Of a stretch of DNA of 64,000 nucleotides, positions 20,943-30,777 are shown in pieces. Both the position numbers and the translations under genes were made by a program. Within the stretch, counting starts at the first letter, position 1; each line of letters starts with the position of its first letter. Under the pieces are notes generated by a model. That model ran no database searches. It saw nothing but the letters and a program-made list of their open reading frames with translations, and was not told where the DNA came from. The DNA is from Oscillospiraceae bacterium (GTDB taxonomy: Bacteria > Bacillota > Clostridia > Oscillospirales > Oscillospiraceae). Where the stretch lies: the NCBI GenBank assembly GCA_030625685.1, contig DAOUQJ010000004.1, positions 7,028-71,027 on the forward strand, written 5' to 3'.

Positions 20943-21719
20943 TTAGCTCCAAATATGAAAATATATATTGATGATTTCTTGCCCATATAACATCACAATA
21001 TAAGCAGCCATCGCAATAAATGGCCCAAAAGGAATGGCATCCTTGCTAGACTTCTTCTTCGTAAGAAGCAGAAAAGCGGATATGATTGCTCCAATAAGTA
21101 TAGACAAAACAAGGGTTAAAAGAATTTGTTTAATCCCAAAAAATAACCCAAGTGCTGCAATGAGTTTGATGTCACCTCCACCCATGCCACCACGACTTAA
21201 GATAGCAACGAGTAAAAACACCCCTCCCGCAAGCACAGCACCCAATCCAGCATCCACCAAAGCATGCGATCCTTCAACTGGCATACGCTTATATACCGTA
21301 TAGAATATACCTATGAGTGCAACAGCAAACACAACCCGATCTAGAATGACAAGGTGCTCCAAATCAACAAAAGTCGCGACAATCAAAAACAGGGTCAGCA
21401 CAGCATAAAAGAAGAAAATAAGTGAAATATTCCATTTCCATGCAAGCACAGTAATGAGAATAGCCGTCAACAACTCAACCATTGGGTATCGCATAGAAAT
21501 CTGCATACTGCAATCGCGGCATTTTCCTTTGAGCAAAAAATAACTCACAAAAGGAACCATATTATATAGTTTTATGAATGTGAGACAATTCTCACAATAC
21601 GCACGATGATGAAATATCGACTCATTGTGTGGCATTCGGTCGATACAGACATTCACAAATGCGCCAGCAAACAATGCCAATACAAATACAATTATAAGCA
21701 TTTCTTCTATACTTTCCAT
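20943..21719 (-). CDS. Prepilin peptidase (A24 family, PilD-like)
   Basis: N-terminal CxxC...CxxC (CENC...CRDC), polytopic, GGGDIKL catalytic Asp motif. Confidence 0.85.
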   Translation of the reverse strand: MESIEEMLIIVFVLALFAGAFVNVCIDRMPHNESIFHHRAYCENCLTFIKLYNMVPFVSYFLLKGKCRDCSMQISMRYPMVELLTAILITVLAWKWNISLIFFFYAVLTLFLIVATFVDLEHLVILDRVVFAVALIGIFYTVYKRMPVEGSHALVDAGLGAVLAGGVFLLVAILSRGGMGGGDIKLIAALGLFFGIKQILLTLVLSILIGAIISAFLLLTKKKSSKDAIPFGPFIAMAAYIVMLYGQEIINIYFHIWS

Positions 21720-21811
21720 TCAATATGATATCAATTAAACTCTACTCAATCGCTGTGCTATATGGACTAACAGGGCGTCATCACACAGCGTTTTCTTCTT
21801 CAAAATGCGAC

Positions 21812-23119
21812 TCATTCATCATAGATATTGACGATTTCACCACTGAGCACACGATTCATATTTTTGACGGCACAGAAGTTACCACACATACTACAAGTAT
21901 CTTGTTTTTCTGGCTCCCCTTCTGCTCGATAACGTCTGGCTTTTTCTGGATCCATGGATAGGGAGAACATTTTTTCCCAATCGAGATTTTTTCTCGCTGT
22001 GCTCATTTCATAATCCCAATCTGCGGCATTGGGAATGCCTTTTGCGATATCAGCAGCATGTGCCGCAATTTTTGATGCAATGATGCCTTCTTTTACGTCA
22101 TTTACATCAGGCAACCTCAAATGTTCTGCTGGTGTGACATAACATAAAAAGGAAGCCCCGTGGGTTGCCGCAATCGCTCCGCCAATTGCCGCTGTGATAT
22201 GGTCATATCCTGGTGCCACATCAGTAACCAATGGACCCAACACATAAAATGGAGCGCCATGACAAAGAGTCTTTTGGATTTCCATATTTGCTGCAATCTG
22301 ATTGATTGGCATGTGTCCTGGCCCTTCAATCATGACCTGTACATCTTTTTCCCACGCACGCAGGGTAAGTTCTCCCAAAGTGATGAGTTCTTCGATTTGC
22401 GCAGCGTCTGTCGCATCTGCAAGAGAACCTGGACGACAAGCATCACCCAAACTCAAAGTCACATCATATTCTCGACAGATATCAACAACGGTGTCATAAT
22501 GCTCATAAAAGGGGTTTTCTTTACCCGTCATTTCCATCCAGGCAAAGATAATAGAACCACCGCGCGAAACAATATTCATCAGACGCTCATTGCGTTTGAA
22601 TTTTTCTGCATTCTCTTTGTTAATGCCACAGTGAATGGTCATAAAATCGACCCCATCTTCAGCATGCATGCGCACTACATCAATCCATTCTTCACTGGTG
22701 ATTGTGGCAAGAGGCTTGGCATAATGAATCACAGCGTCATAAATTGGCACTGTGCCAATCATAGCTGGGCATTTTTCCGTCAGCAGTCTTCTGAATTTTC
22801 TCGTATCCCCAAAAGAGCTCAAGTCCATAATTGCTTCTGCACCCATGTCTACCGCTTGATTGACTTTTTCTAGTTCCATTTCCATATCAACCATATCACG
22901 AGACGTGCCTAAATTAACATTGATTTTGGTGGTCAGCATAGAACCAATGCCGTTCGGATTGATACATGTGTGACGCACATTACAAGGAATGATTACCTTA
23001 CCTTCCGCCACCAAACGCATCAGCGTGTCTTCTGCCAAGTGTTCTTTTTTCGCTACCGCTTTCATCTCATCAGTTAAAAAACTGTTTTTGGCAGCTTCCA
23101 TTTGTGTATGATAACGCAT
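21812..23119 (-). CDS. thiC: Phosphomethylpyrimidine synthase
   Basis: Full-length ThiC pattern, including the C-terminal CSMCGNFCA cluster motif. Confidence 0.9.
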   Translation of the reverse strand: MRYHTQMEAAKNSFLTDEMKAVAKKEHLAEDTLMRLVAEGKVIIPCNVRHTCINPNGIGSMLTTKINVNLGTSRDMVDMEMELEKVNQAVDMGAEAIMDLSSFGDTRKFRRLLTEKCPAMIGTVPIYDAVIHYAKPLATITSEEWIDVVRMHAEDGVDFMTIHCGINKENAEKFKRNERLMNIVSRGGSIIFAWMEMTGKENPFYEHYDTVVDICREYDVTLSLGDACRPGSLADATDAAQIEELITLGELTLRAWEKDVQVMIEGPGHMPINQIAANMEIQKTLCHGAPFYVLGPLVTDVAPGYDHITAAIGGAIAATHGASFLCYVTPAEHLRLPDVNDVKEGIIASKIAAHAADIAKGIPNAADWDYEMSTARKNLDWEKMFSLSMDPEKARRYRAEGEPEKQDTCSMCGNFCAVKNMNRVLSGEIVNIYDE

Positions 23120-23149
23120 ATAAGCTCCTTCTTTCTAAAAATAATGGAG

Positions 23150-23272
23150 AATGCCCTGAGCGACATCCTCCAATCACAGTGGTAAGTCAAACTCCCCATT
23201 CGGCATTACCCGAACGGTCTAAGGGTCGAAGTAACAAAACTTCCTCTCAGCTTGTCCACAAGCTCCCCCGTA
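23150..23272 (-). promoter_or_regulatory. TPP (THI-box) riboswitch upstream of thiC
   Basis: The minus strand reads ACGGGGGAGC...GCTGAGAGG...GACCCTTAGACCGTTCGGGTAATGCCGAATGGGGA. This contains the CTGAGA, ACCCTT and TAATGCC...GGGA blocks of the THI element. Confidence 0.85.
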
Positions 23273-23284
23273 TAAATTTTATGC

Positions 23285-23313
23285 ATAGTAACATATGCAT
23301 CTATACTTGTCAA
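23285..23313 (-). promoter_or_regulatory. Candidate sigma-A promoter for the thiC leader
   Basis: On the minus strand: TTGACA (23313-23308), a 17-nt spacer, TACTAT (23290-23285). Confidence 0.45.
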
Positions 23314-23559
23314 CATTTCTTTTTTCTAGCACAATATCTTGTCTTAACAGACTGCTCATCCACATGACACTGTAAAAGAACATTGTTCTTTTACAGGATT
23401 TCAAGTAGAATATCTACACTGCTTTTGAGCGTGCAATTTCTGACATTCTGAATTTTTCATTTGTGCACGCGTTCATTGTAACATATCAGATATTTAATGT
23501 AAACACGCTAAAAAACAAGAGAGTGCACCAAAGACTGGCGCCCCCTCTTATCATCAATC

Positions 23560-24009
23560 TTATTTTTTATTGCTGCGCTTTTTCTTACGTTCTTGGGCTT
23601 CTTGATGTAGACGAATTTCTTCTTCTGTTTCAGGAACGAACTCTGGAACGCGTTGTGGTGTTCCGTTTCTTCCCATTGCAACCATGGTAAAATAAGCAGA
23701 TAGCGCTTTTTGCGCTCCGTTATGAGACTCTAAGTCTTCCATTTCTACATTTACGAAAATCTCCATAGAGGTTTTGCCGACGTATCCAACTGTAGCAGTA
23801 CATGTGACGAGAGCCCCCACAAAGATAGGAAGAATAAATTCAAGTTCATCCACCCTTGCTGTAACACAATTGCTTTTGGAATATTTGATAGCCACGGCAC
23901 CTGCTGCGGCGTCCATCAGTTTCATAATCTCACCACCATGCACATTTCCGGCAACGTTGGCTTGGTGAGGTAGCATTACTTGGCTCATAATGATTTTTCT
24001 ATTAACCAT
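23560..24009 (-). CDS. Acyl-CoA thioesterase (hotdog fold, YciA-like)
   Basis: LPHQANVAGNVHGGEIMKLMD motif. I place the start at ATG 24009 behind AAAGGAGG rather than at the ORF-track start. Confidence 0.8.
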   Translation of the reverse strand: MVNRKIIMSQVMLPHQANVAGNVHGGEIMKLMDAAAGAVAIKYSKSNCVTARVDELEFILPIFVGALVTCTATVGYVGKTSMEIFVNVEMEDLESHNGAQKALSAYFTMVAMGRNGTPQRVPEFVPETEEEIRLHQEAQERKKKRSNKK

Positions 24010-24183
24010 ATGAAAGAACCTCCTTTGGTGTTTTATCTCTTTATTTATTCTATTATAATGCATGAGAGGCTTTGCGTCAAAAGTAAATTTGCTATTTCTC
24101 CCATTTTCCTTCTATTGACAAAGTTAAAATATACGATATACAATATTCTATTATATTCTACTACAAGGGAGTCTATCCGATTC

Positions 24184-25740
24184 ATGAAAAAACACAACTT
24201 CATTGCTATATTACTACTCGTAACACTCAACATACAAACCTGCACCTTATCAGGACTTGCAATCAATTCCTCTACCTTTTCTGATGCAAGCAGCATTGCA
24301 TCTTGGGCAAAAAATGATGTAGATGAAGCCTATGATCTCGGCTTTGTGCAAGGATACAACGGCGCATTTCACCCAGATGCCCCCATCACAAGAAGTGCTT
24401 TCACCAAACTACTTGTCACGATGCTGGGTTTGACTCCAGAAAAACACTATGAATCTATATTTTCTGATGTATCAAAGCAAGATTGGTTTACCCCATATGT
24501 CCTCACAGCTTATGAATATGGACTCATCACGGGGTCTGGTGGTGCATTTCACCCAAACAATAATATTACAAGAGAAGAAATGGCTGTCATCATAGCACGC
24601 GCGTTTCCCCTTTCTCAGTCTTCTCACATGTCGTTTTCAGACCGTTTCACAATCTCATCTTGGGCAACAGACAGTGTCGCATCGGTGTATCATAATGGAA
24701 TCATCACAGGCTACGACGGAAAATTCCATCCCAAAGACACTGCCACTCGTCAAATGGCAACTGTCATATTAATGCGTGCCTATCGTCAAAAGCTTGCTTT
24801 CCAATCGGCAGTTTCATCTGCAATCTGCCAAACAGGCCAGCATCTACTCAGCGCATCCCCTACCCCAAATACTGGCACTGTAGGAGGCGAATGGCTCATA
24901 TTTGGACTAGCGCGCAGTAACGTTGCTATGCCAAAAACATACGCTGATTCTTACATCAGCAAAGCAGAAACATACATTGTTTCCGAACACAACAAACCCA
25001 CACGCAAATTCGGTCACAAAGTCACAGATACTCAACGCCTTGCCATCACTTTGGCTTCTTTGGGCGCTGATATTGAAAATGTAAACGGTATAGACCTTGT
25101 CGATTACACTTGGAACAAAGAAACCTACATGTCTGATTTGATAGAAAGTCAGCGAGAACTTGGCGGAAGACAAGGTCTCAATGAACTCTGCTTTGGTCTT
25201 CTCACCATAGACCTACTGCCAAGCTACACCCCAAGTGGTGCGCAAATCACACGACAAGAAATCATCAAAACCATACTGCAAGACTATCAGCTTTCCTCTG
25301 GCGGTTTTAGTTTGAGCAAAGATAACAAAACTTTTGACCTTGATATCACCGCCATGACCATCACAGCGCTTGCTCCCTATTACAATAGAGCGAGCTATGA
25401 TAATGTCACCAAAGCCATTGACAAAGCACTCACAGTCATTTCGAGCAAGCAAAATGATGATGGTGGCTTTGGCAATCCGAGCAATGTAGAGTCAACCGCG
25501 CAAGTTGTGGTTGCTCTTTGTTCCCTTGGAATTGACCCCACCATAGACACACGTTTTAAACAAGATACCAATCTCATTTCACATGTGCTGTCCTTCCAAG
25601 ACCAAAACGATAGTTTTTCACACACATTGAACGGTGCAACAAGCCAAATGGCCACAGAACAAGCCTTTTATGCGCTTGTGTCTTATGAGCGACTCATTAC
25701 AAACCAAGTGCCACTTTATGATATGTCTGATGTTAATTAA
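24184..25740 (+). CDS. Secreted protein with three SLH repeats and a prenyltransferase/terpene-cyclase-like alpha/alpha-toroid domain
   Basis: The start MKKHNFIAILLL is a signal peptide. SLH repeats include FSD..SWA...GYNGAFHP...ITR. The C-terminal half has repeated GG(E/F) blocks (SSGGFSLS, NDDGGFGNPSNVESTAQ) typical of the squalene-oxidase repeat. Confidence 0.65.
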   Translation: MKKHNFIAILLLVTLNIQTCTLSGLAINSSTFSDASSIASWAKNDVDEAYDLGFVQGYNGAFHPDAPITRSAFTKLLVTMLGLTPEKHYESIFSDVSKQDWFTPYVLTAYEYGLITGSGGAFHPNNNITREEMAVIIARAFPLSQSSHMSFSDRFTISSWATDSVASVYHNGIITGYDGKFHPKDTATRQMATVILMRAYRQKLAFQSAVSSAICQTGQHLLSASPTPNTGTVGGEWLIFGLARSNVAMPKTYADSYISKAETYIVSEHNKPTRKFGHKVTDTQRLAITLASLGADIENVNGIDLVDYTWNKETYMSDLIESQRELGGRQGLNELCFGLLTIDLLPSYTPSGAQITRQEIIKTILQDYQLSSGGFSLSKDNKTFDLDITAMTITALAPYYNRASYDNVTKAIDKALTVISSKQNDDGGFGNPSNVESTAQVVVALCSLGIDPTIDTRFKQDTNLISHVLSFQDQNDSFSHTLNGATSQMATEQAFYALVSYERLITNQVPLYDMSDVN

Positions 25741-25751
25741 GAAGGTGACTT

Positions 25752-26306
25752 ATGCGTAAAAATTGTTTTCTCATCCTTTTATCCTTTGTCTTTTTCTTCA
25801 CTGGATGTTCAGCTCAACCAAGTGAAACTCCTGACTCTGCCACGGAACCTAACACTTCGCAAACTGAGCTGCAGCAATCGGAAGTTGACGCACAAACCAT
25901 TCTAGTTTCACTCGAAATCAGTTGCCACACTGTGCTCCCACAATTGGATGTTCTGCCAGAAGCAAAGCGCCAGCTCATCCCTAGTGATGGCATACTCTTC
26001 CCTATGACTACTCTGGAAGCGACAACTGGCGAATCGGCACATGATTTGCTGCTTCGCACAGTGCGAGAAGAGGGCATCCATATGGAATTTTCCACTTCAC
26101 CTTTTTATCAAACCACTTACATTGAGGGCATAGGCAATCTCTATGAATTTGATATGGGAGAACTGAGTGGATGGATGTATAAAGTCAATGATACCTTCCC
26201 CAATTACGGCATATCCAACTATATACTACAAGATGGTGATACACTCTCCTTGCTGTACACCTGCAATCTAGGAGAAGACATCGGCGGAGATAATTTCTCC
26301 GAATAG
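25752..26306 (+). CDS. DUF4430-like lipoprotein (transcobalamin beta-domain-like)
   Basis: Lipobox FFTGC. C-terminal GWMYKVNDTFPNYGISNYILQDGDTLSLLY matches my recollection of the DUF4430 signature. Confidence 0.65.
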   Translation: MRKNCFLILLSFVFFFTGCSAQPSETPDSATEPNTSQTELQQSEVDAQTILVSLEISCHTVLPQLDVLPEAKRQLIPSDGILFPMTTLEATTGESAHDLLLRTVREEGIHMEFSTSPFYQTTYIEGIGNLYEFDMGELSGWMYKVNDTFPNYGISNYILQDGDTLSLLYTCNLGEDIGGDNFSE

Positions 26307-26325
26307 CATCAAGAAAGGACCGTGC

Positions 26326-27213
26326 ATGACACATTTCAGCCACTATCACCCCGTCACAAATTTTGTTTTTTTTGCCTTGGTTATTGGACATGCCATGGTC
26401 ATTTTTCATCCTGTATATATGGTAATTTCACTACTTGCTAGTTTTCTCTTCAACTGGATAACCAATGGACAAAAAGGGCTCAAATTTGTCCTGACCTTTT
26501 GTCTGCCTGCTTGGATACTCATTGCTCTTTTCAATCCACTTTTTAGTCACGCAGGGATGACTATTTTATTTTATTTTCCCAATGGCAACCCATTCACCTT
26601 AGAAAGCGTCATTTATGGTGTTGTCACAAGCACCATGTTTATCACCGTCATCTTATGGTTTGCCTCATCCAACACCATTATGACCGGAGACAAACTCATG
26701 CATCTCTTTGGGAGAATCATACCCAAAAGCTCTCTCATCATTTCCATGGTTTTGCGCTTTGTGCCCCTGTATAAACAGCGCATCCGTCTTATCGCCCAGG
26801 GTCAAGCTGCCCTGCATGACGCAAACCAGAAACGAAACCTTCTCACCAAAGCCAAAGATGGTATTCAAATTCTATCCATTATGACCACTTGGTCTTTGCA
26901 AAGCAGTATAGAAACCGCAAACAGTATGAAAGCCAGAGGCTATGGCCTATCTGCTCGCACCGCCTATACCCAATATCGGTTTACATCAAGTGACAGAAAA
27001 ATCCTCATCATTCTCCTATCTTGCGCTTTGTTTATTATCGCTTTGCAATTACTCAAAGTCGTGCAATATTCTTACTATCCTTATATCTCATATACTACTA
27101 TTTCATCAATCAATATGCTTGGATACTTCACCTATGCACTCATGTGCTTTTTGCCTTGTATATTAAGTCTATGGAGGGAATTTAAATGGACATATTCCAT
27201 ATCGAAAATCTAA
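26326..27213 (+). CDS. ECF transporter transmembrane (T) component
   Basis: Polytopic protein with a C-terminal ARG..L-type coupling motif (MKARGYGL), positioned upstream of the ATPase. Confidence 0.8.
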   Translation: MTHFSHYHPVTNFVFFALVIGHAMVIFHPVYMVISLLASFLFNWITNGQKGLKFVLTFCLPAWILIALFNPLFSHAGMTILFYFPNGNPFTLESVIYGVVTSTMFITVILWFASSNTIMTGDKLMHLFGRIIPKSSLIISMVLRFVPLYKQRIRLIAQGQAALHDANQKRNLLTKAKDGIQILSIMTTWSLQSSIETANSMKARGYGLSARTAYTQYRFTSSDRKILIILLSCALFIIALQLLKVVQYSYYPYISYTTISSINMLGYFTYALMCFLPCILSLWREFKWTYSISKI

Positions 27214-28811
27214 ATTTTACATACCCTCTCTTGGAACAAAAGGCGCTTCAAGACGTCAGTTTCACAGTGAAAAAAGGTGAGTTTTTAACAATCTTTGGCC
27301 CGAGTGGTTGTGGCAAAACAACGCTCATTTCTCACCTCAAGCCCTCACTCACACCCCATGGCAGCAAAGACGGAACCATCTTATTTAATGGCATCCCCAT
27401 TGACAGCTTAGATATGCGCACTGAAGCTGCGAAAATCGGCTATATTTTTCAGCACCCAGACGAACAAATCGTAACCGACAAAGTTTGGCATGAAATCGCC
27501 TTTGGCCTTGAAAACCTAGGGAAGCCACAAGACTATATCCGCCGCAGTGTCTCTGAAATGGCAAGTTATTTGGATATTGGGCATCTCTTTCATCGCAATG
27601 TTTCTTCTTTAAGTGGTGGTGAAAAACAGCTCCTCAATTTGGCTAGTGTCCTCGCGATGCATCCGGATGTCATCATCCTAGACGAACCCACAAGCCAACT
27701 TGACCCCATTCATGCCACGCAGTTTTTGGATGTCATTGCGAAACTCAATCGCGACTTGGGCATCACCATCATCATGATTGACCATCGCTTAGAAGATATT
27801 TTACCCATGAGCGACCGCGCACTATTGTTGGAAGACGGTAAAATTGGCTGTCTCAGCTCCCCGAAAGACGTTTGTCTTCATCTGGCAAATACCAAGCACA
27901 GCTTACTCAAATCTGTTCCCTCTGGCATTCAAATTTTTGCTGAAATCAATCCAGAGCACATGCCTCTCACAACAGGCAAAGCACGTTTGCAGTTAGAAGA
28001 AGTGTTTTGCAATCCACATCCCCAAGCAGTCACATTTCCCTCTCCAAATAAGCATGAGGATACTCACATTGTTCTTAAAGCCAAAAACCTCTCATTCCGA
28101 TATCAAAAGCATGGCGCAGATATTTTAAAACACTTAACTATGCAAATTCCACGTGGCTCTTTCTACACCATTTTAGGCGCAAATGGTGCTGGGAAATCAA
28201 CGCTACTGTCTCTCATCGCAAAAGTAAACAAACCGTATACAGGGAAACTTACGGTGCATGGCTCAGTTGCGACACTTCCACAAAATCCACAAAGTCTTTT
28301 TCTCAAGCAAACTGTGTGGGATGATTTGCATACCGTTTGTCAAGATGATGAAAAAATCCGTACTCTTGCACAAAAAACAAACATAGAGACAATATTTGAG
28401 CATCATCCCTATGATATCAGTGGCGGTCAAATGCAACTGGTAGCCCTAACAAAGGTACTACTCACTGACCCTGAAATCTTGCTTTTAGATGAACCAACCA
28501 AAGGCTTGGATGCTGAGAGCAAACTGCGATTGGCGAACATTCTCAAGTCACTGATTGAACAAGGCGTCACTGTCATTGTCGTTTCCCATGATGTGGAATT
28601 TTGCGCACAGCATGCCCAGATGTGTGCGATGATGTTTGATGGTTCTTTGATCAGTGAAGCCGACACGCGAAGCTTTTTCTCAAGCAACTATGTTTACACA
28701 ACATCTGCTAACAAAATTGCAAGAACAATACAACCCAATGCCATCACAGTGGAGGATGTTTTAACGCTATGGAACAACTATCAGCAAAACGCAGAAACCT
28801 TATCTTATTAA
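27186..28811 (+). CDS. Fused duplicated ECF/ABC ATPase (EcfA-EcfA')
   Basis: Two Walker A motifs (GPSGCGKTT, GANGAGKST), two signatures (LSGGEKQ, ISGGQMQ) and two Walker B motifs (ILDEPT, LLDEPT). Confidence 0.85.
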   Translation: MDIFHIENLNFTYPLLEQKALQDVSFTVKKGEFLTIFGPSGCGKTTLISHLKPSLTPHGSKDGTILFNGIPIDSLDMRTEAAKIGYIFQHPDEQIVTDKVWHEIAFGLENLGKPQDYIRRSVSEMASYLDIGHLFHRNVSSLSGGEKQLLNLASVLAMHPDVIILDEPTSQLDPIHATQFLDVIAKLNRDLGITIIMIDHRLEDILPMSDRALLLEDGKIGCLSSPKDVCLHLANTKHSLLKSVPSGIQIFAEINPEHMPLTTGKARLQLEEVFCNPHPQAVTFPSPNKHEDTHIVLKAKNLSFRYQKHGADILKHLTMQIPRGSFYTILGANGAGKSTLLSLIAKVNKPYTGKLTVHGSVATLPQNPQSLFLKQTVWDDLHTVCQDDEKIRTLAQKTNIETIFEHHPYDISGGQMQLVALTKVLLTDPEILLLDEPTKGLDAESKLRLANILKSLIEQGVTVIVVSHDVEFCAQHAQMCAMMFDGSLISEADTRSFFSSNYVYTTSANKIARTIQPNAITVEDVLTLWNNYQQNAETLSY

Positions 28812-29491
28812 TTTGCATGCTCCTCATTCCTACAATCTTAATATTTGCACATTTTTACTTGGACGAAGCACGCTACTACCTCACAAGTTCCCTTGTCGTC
28901 TTACTGAGCCTAATCCCATTCATCCTTCTCTTTGAGAGAAGACAAGCCCAAGCTAAAGAAATTGTTTTAATTTCTGTCATCTGCGCCATTGCTGTAGCAG
29001 GTCGCACTGCATTTTATATGCTCCCTCAATTCAAACCTCTCGTCGCTATTGTCATTATCGCAGGGGTTTGCCTTGGCAGTGAATCTGGTTTTATGGTTGG
29101 TGCCATCTCTGCTTTTGTGTCCAATTTTTTTGTAGGACAAGGCCCATGGACACCATATCAAATGCTCGCTCTTGCGATAATTGGCGCCTTAGCTGGTTTT
29201 CTCTTTTCCCGCAAGTTACTCAAACCCAAGCTTTTTAATTTATGTGTGTTTGGTTTTCTTTCTACCTATCTAATTTATGGGCTTATTTTAGATGCTCACT
29301 TCACCTTAGCCGCCTTTGGTACCATCACTTTAAAAAACTATGTTGTTGCCATCACCTCAGGTTTTTTTCCAAACCTGCTCCACAGCACAGCGAGCGTCTT
29401 ATTTTTACTGCTATTTGCTAAGCCCTTTATGAAACAAATAGACCGCATTACGATCAAATATGGACTAGTATTTGGCGAAAATGGTCACTAA
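28769..29491 (+). CDS. ECF transporter substrate-specific (S) component, substrate unknown
   Basis: About 6 TM helices in 240 aa, overlapping the ATPase gene. The gene order is typical for a dedicated ECF module. Confidence 0.6.
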   Translation: MEQLSAKRRNLILLICMLLIPTILIFAHFYLDEARYYLTSSLVVLLSLIPFILLFERRQAQAKEIVLISVICAIAVAGRTAFYMLPQFKPLVAIVIIAGVCLGSESGFMVGAISAFVSNFFVGQGPWTPYQMLALAIIGALAGFLFSRKLLKPKLFNLCVFGFLSTYLIYGLILDAHFTLAAFGTITLKNYVVAITSGFFPNLLHSTASVLFLLLFAKPFMKQIDRITIKYGLVFGENGH

Positions 29492-29504
29492 TACTGCTTT
29501 GCAC

Positions 29505-29531
29505 ATAACTGAGCTTGTATCTGCATACACT
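29505..29531 (+). promoter_or_regulatory. Candidate sigma-E-type (mother-cell) promoter upstream of spoIIID
   Basis: ATA (29505-29507), a 16-nt spacer, CATACACT (29524-29531). This fits the recalled sigma-E consensus ATA-N16/17-CATACAnT, and it ends 19 nt before the AAGGAG SD. Confidence 0.4.
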
Positions 29532-29566
29532 CTCTACATAATGCTACGCAAGGAGTGTTGCCGTTA

Positions 29567-29680
29567 GTGAGAGAAACAATAGAAGAACGTGCTTGTCAAT
29601 TGGCACTTTACATCATAGAAAACAATGCCACTGTCCGAAGTACAGCCACGCAATTTGGTATTTCAAAGTCAACTGTACAT
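29567..29680 (+). CDS. spoIIID: spoIIID 5' segment (codons 1 to ~38, HTH region); the gene is interrupted here
   Basis: (V)RETIEERACQLALYIIENNATVRSTATQFGISKSTVH parallels B. subtilis SpoIIID ...KERTIKIGKYIVETKKTVRVIAKEFGVSKSTVH. After H the similarity stops. The ORF-track 101-aa ORF reads on into unrelated sequence. Confidence 0.8.
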
Positions 29681-29681
29681 A
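29670..29681. repeat. Left junction (attL) core CAACTGTACATA, identical to 37391-37402
   Basis: A 12-bp direct repeat read at both junctions, with the presumed crossover CA at 29678-29679. Confidence 0.8.
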
Positions 29682-29711
29682 CAGTTGTCACAAAACAGAA
29701 CGTTTTACCTA

Positions 29712-29746
29712 ACGCTGAGACACTTCGTCTTAGCGTATTTTATTTT
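29712..29746 (+). terminator. Intrinsic terminator just inside the left end of the element
   Basis: 10-bp stem acgctgagac/gtcttagcgt (one G-T pair), followed by ATTTTATTTTA. Confidence 0.5.
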
Positions 29747-29801
29747 ATAAAACGCACAATCCATGCCAACCTTTTATTCTGTATTATCCTAGGAGAATTA
29801 T

Positions 29802-30473
29802 ATGAAACGACAAATTATCATCCCCAGTCTCATCGCTTGTACCATCTTATTTTTGATTGAACAATACTTACACGTTCCATTCATTGTCAAATCCATGATT
29901 AAACTGCCGACCTTTGCTATTTTGCCTCTTTGGTACATAAAAGCAATCAAAAAGGAGACCATAAAAAGGGCACTCAATTTACAGCATTTCAAACTTTCTG
30001 AAGTCAAACTAGGGTTACTTTTATCTGCTATCTTAGTGATTCTCATTCCCCTAGTCTACTTTACTGTTGCAACACCGTATATAGACACTGCTAAACTGAT
30101 TTCAGAGCTCAGCCTAATCGGCGTGACAAAGACTAACTTTCTCTTCGTATCACTATACATTGCCATCGTCAATTCATTTTTAGAAGAATTCTTCTTTAGA
30201 GGCTTCGTATTTTTGAACTTATATGAAACACATGCACGCTTTAGCATGGTCTTTTCTGCCCTTCTTTTTGCAACATATCATATTGGTATTTTTGTCTCTT
30301 GGTTTCAAATTTCTATGCTATTTCTGGCTCTGTTTTCTCTATTTATTGGTGGTCTTATCTTCAATTTTTTGGCAACTAAAAGCAAAAATTTTCTCAATTC
30401 GTGGCTTGTGCATTTCTTTGCTGACGCTGTCATCTTGGTCTTAGGCGGACTAATTTTGCATGAAATAATTTAA
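29802..30473 (+). CDS. CPBP-family (CAAX) intramembrane metalloprotease
   Basis: Polytopic protein with EEFFFRGF and a later FATYH / HFFAD pattern. Confidence 0.8.
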   Translation: MKRQIIIPSLIACTILFLIEQYLHVPFIVKSMIKLPTFAILPLWYIKAIKKETIKRALNLQHFKLSEVKLGLLLSAILVILIPLVYFTVATPYIDTAKLISELSLIGVTKTNFLFVSLYIAIVNSFLEEFFFRGFVFLNLYETHARFSMVFSALLFATYHIGIFVSWFQISMLFLALFSLFIGGLIFNFLATKSKNFLNSWLVHFFADAVILVLGGLILHEII

Positions 30474-30546
30474 CGCCAAAGCCTTGCTATTACTAGCTTT
30501 TTCATGTTTTTCACCTCTCTTTTTGCAAGAGTTTTGAAAAATTTTG

Positions 30547-30576
30547 TTGACAACGCAACTTGAATATGCGTATACT
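30547..30576 (+). promoter_or_regulatory. Candidate sigma-A promoter of the rib leader
   Basis: TTGACA (30547-30552), an 18-nt spacer, TATACT (30571-30576). Confidence 0.45.
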
Positions 30577-30596
30577 TTAAGCTAAGAATTGAATAC

Positions 30597-30731
30597 TGAT
30601 AATTTTCGGGATGGTGTGAAATTCACCACCGGCGGTAAAAGTCCGTGAGCGTTGCGTGTTTAAACTTGCAATTAGCTGATCTTGTGGAATTCAAGAACCG
30701 ACAGTATAGTCTGGATGGGAGAAAAATTGTC
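30597..30731 (+). promoter_or_regulatory. FMN riboswitch (RFN element)
   Basis: TTCGGGATGGTGTGAAATTCACCACCGGCGGTAAAAGTCCGTGAGC...GTGGAATTCAAGAACCGACAGTATAGTCTGGATGGGAGAA matches the RFN consensus blocks. P1 is AATTTTC/GAAAAATT. Confidence 0.85.
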
Positions 30732-30777
30732 ACATATGAAGTATGTAACTTTGTTTACATATGTCTTTTTGTGTTGT

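Noticed and set aside
22160-22873. 237-aa plus-strand ORF, and similar long antisense ORFs at 35068-35469, 38713-39183, 9147-9647, 41848-42213 and 62857-63273
   Set aside because: Each lies antisense within a gene with unmistakable family motifs (thiC, GNAT, yloV-like, queC, DUF1846, rpoC). Their sequences are low-complexity or Cys/Ser/His-rich, as expected for shadow ORFs.
24064-24183. A cobalamin riboswitch upstream of the ECF/DUF4430 cluster
   Set aside because: I looked for one because of the B12 hypothesis. The region is only about 120 bp, holds a plain TTGACA/TACAAT promoter and has no B12-box-like sequence.
29555-29860. The ORF-track 101-aa ORF taken as an intact gene
   Set aside because: Only its first ~42 residues resemble SpoIIID. 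The rest is read-through into the inserted element and overlaps the CPBP protease start. It is treated as the 5' segment of a split gene plus a chimeric tail.
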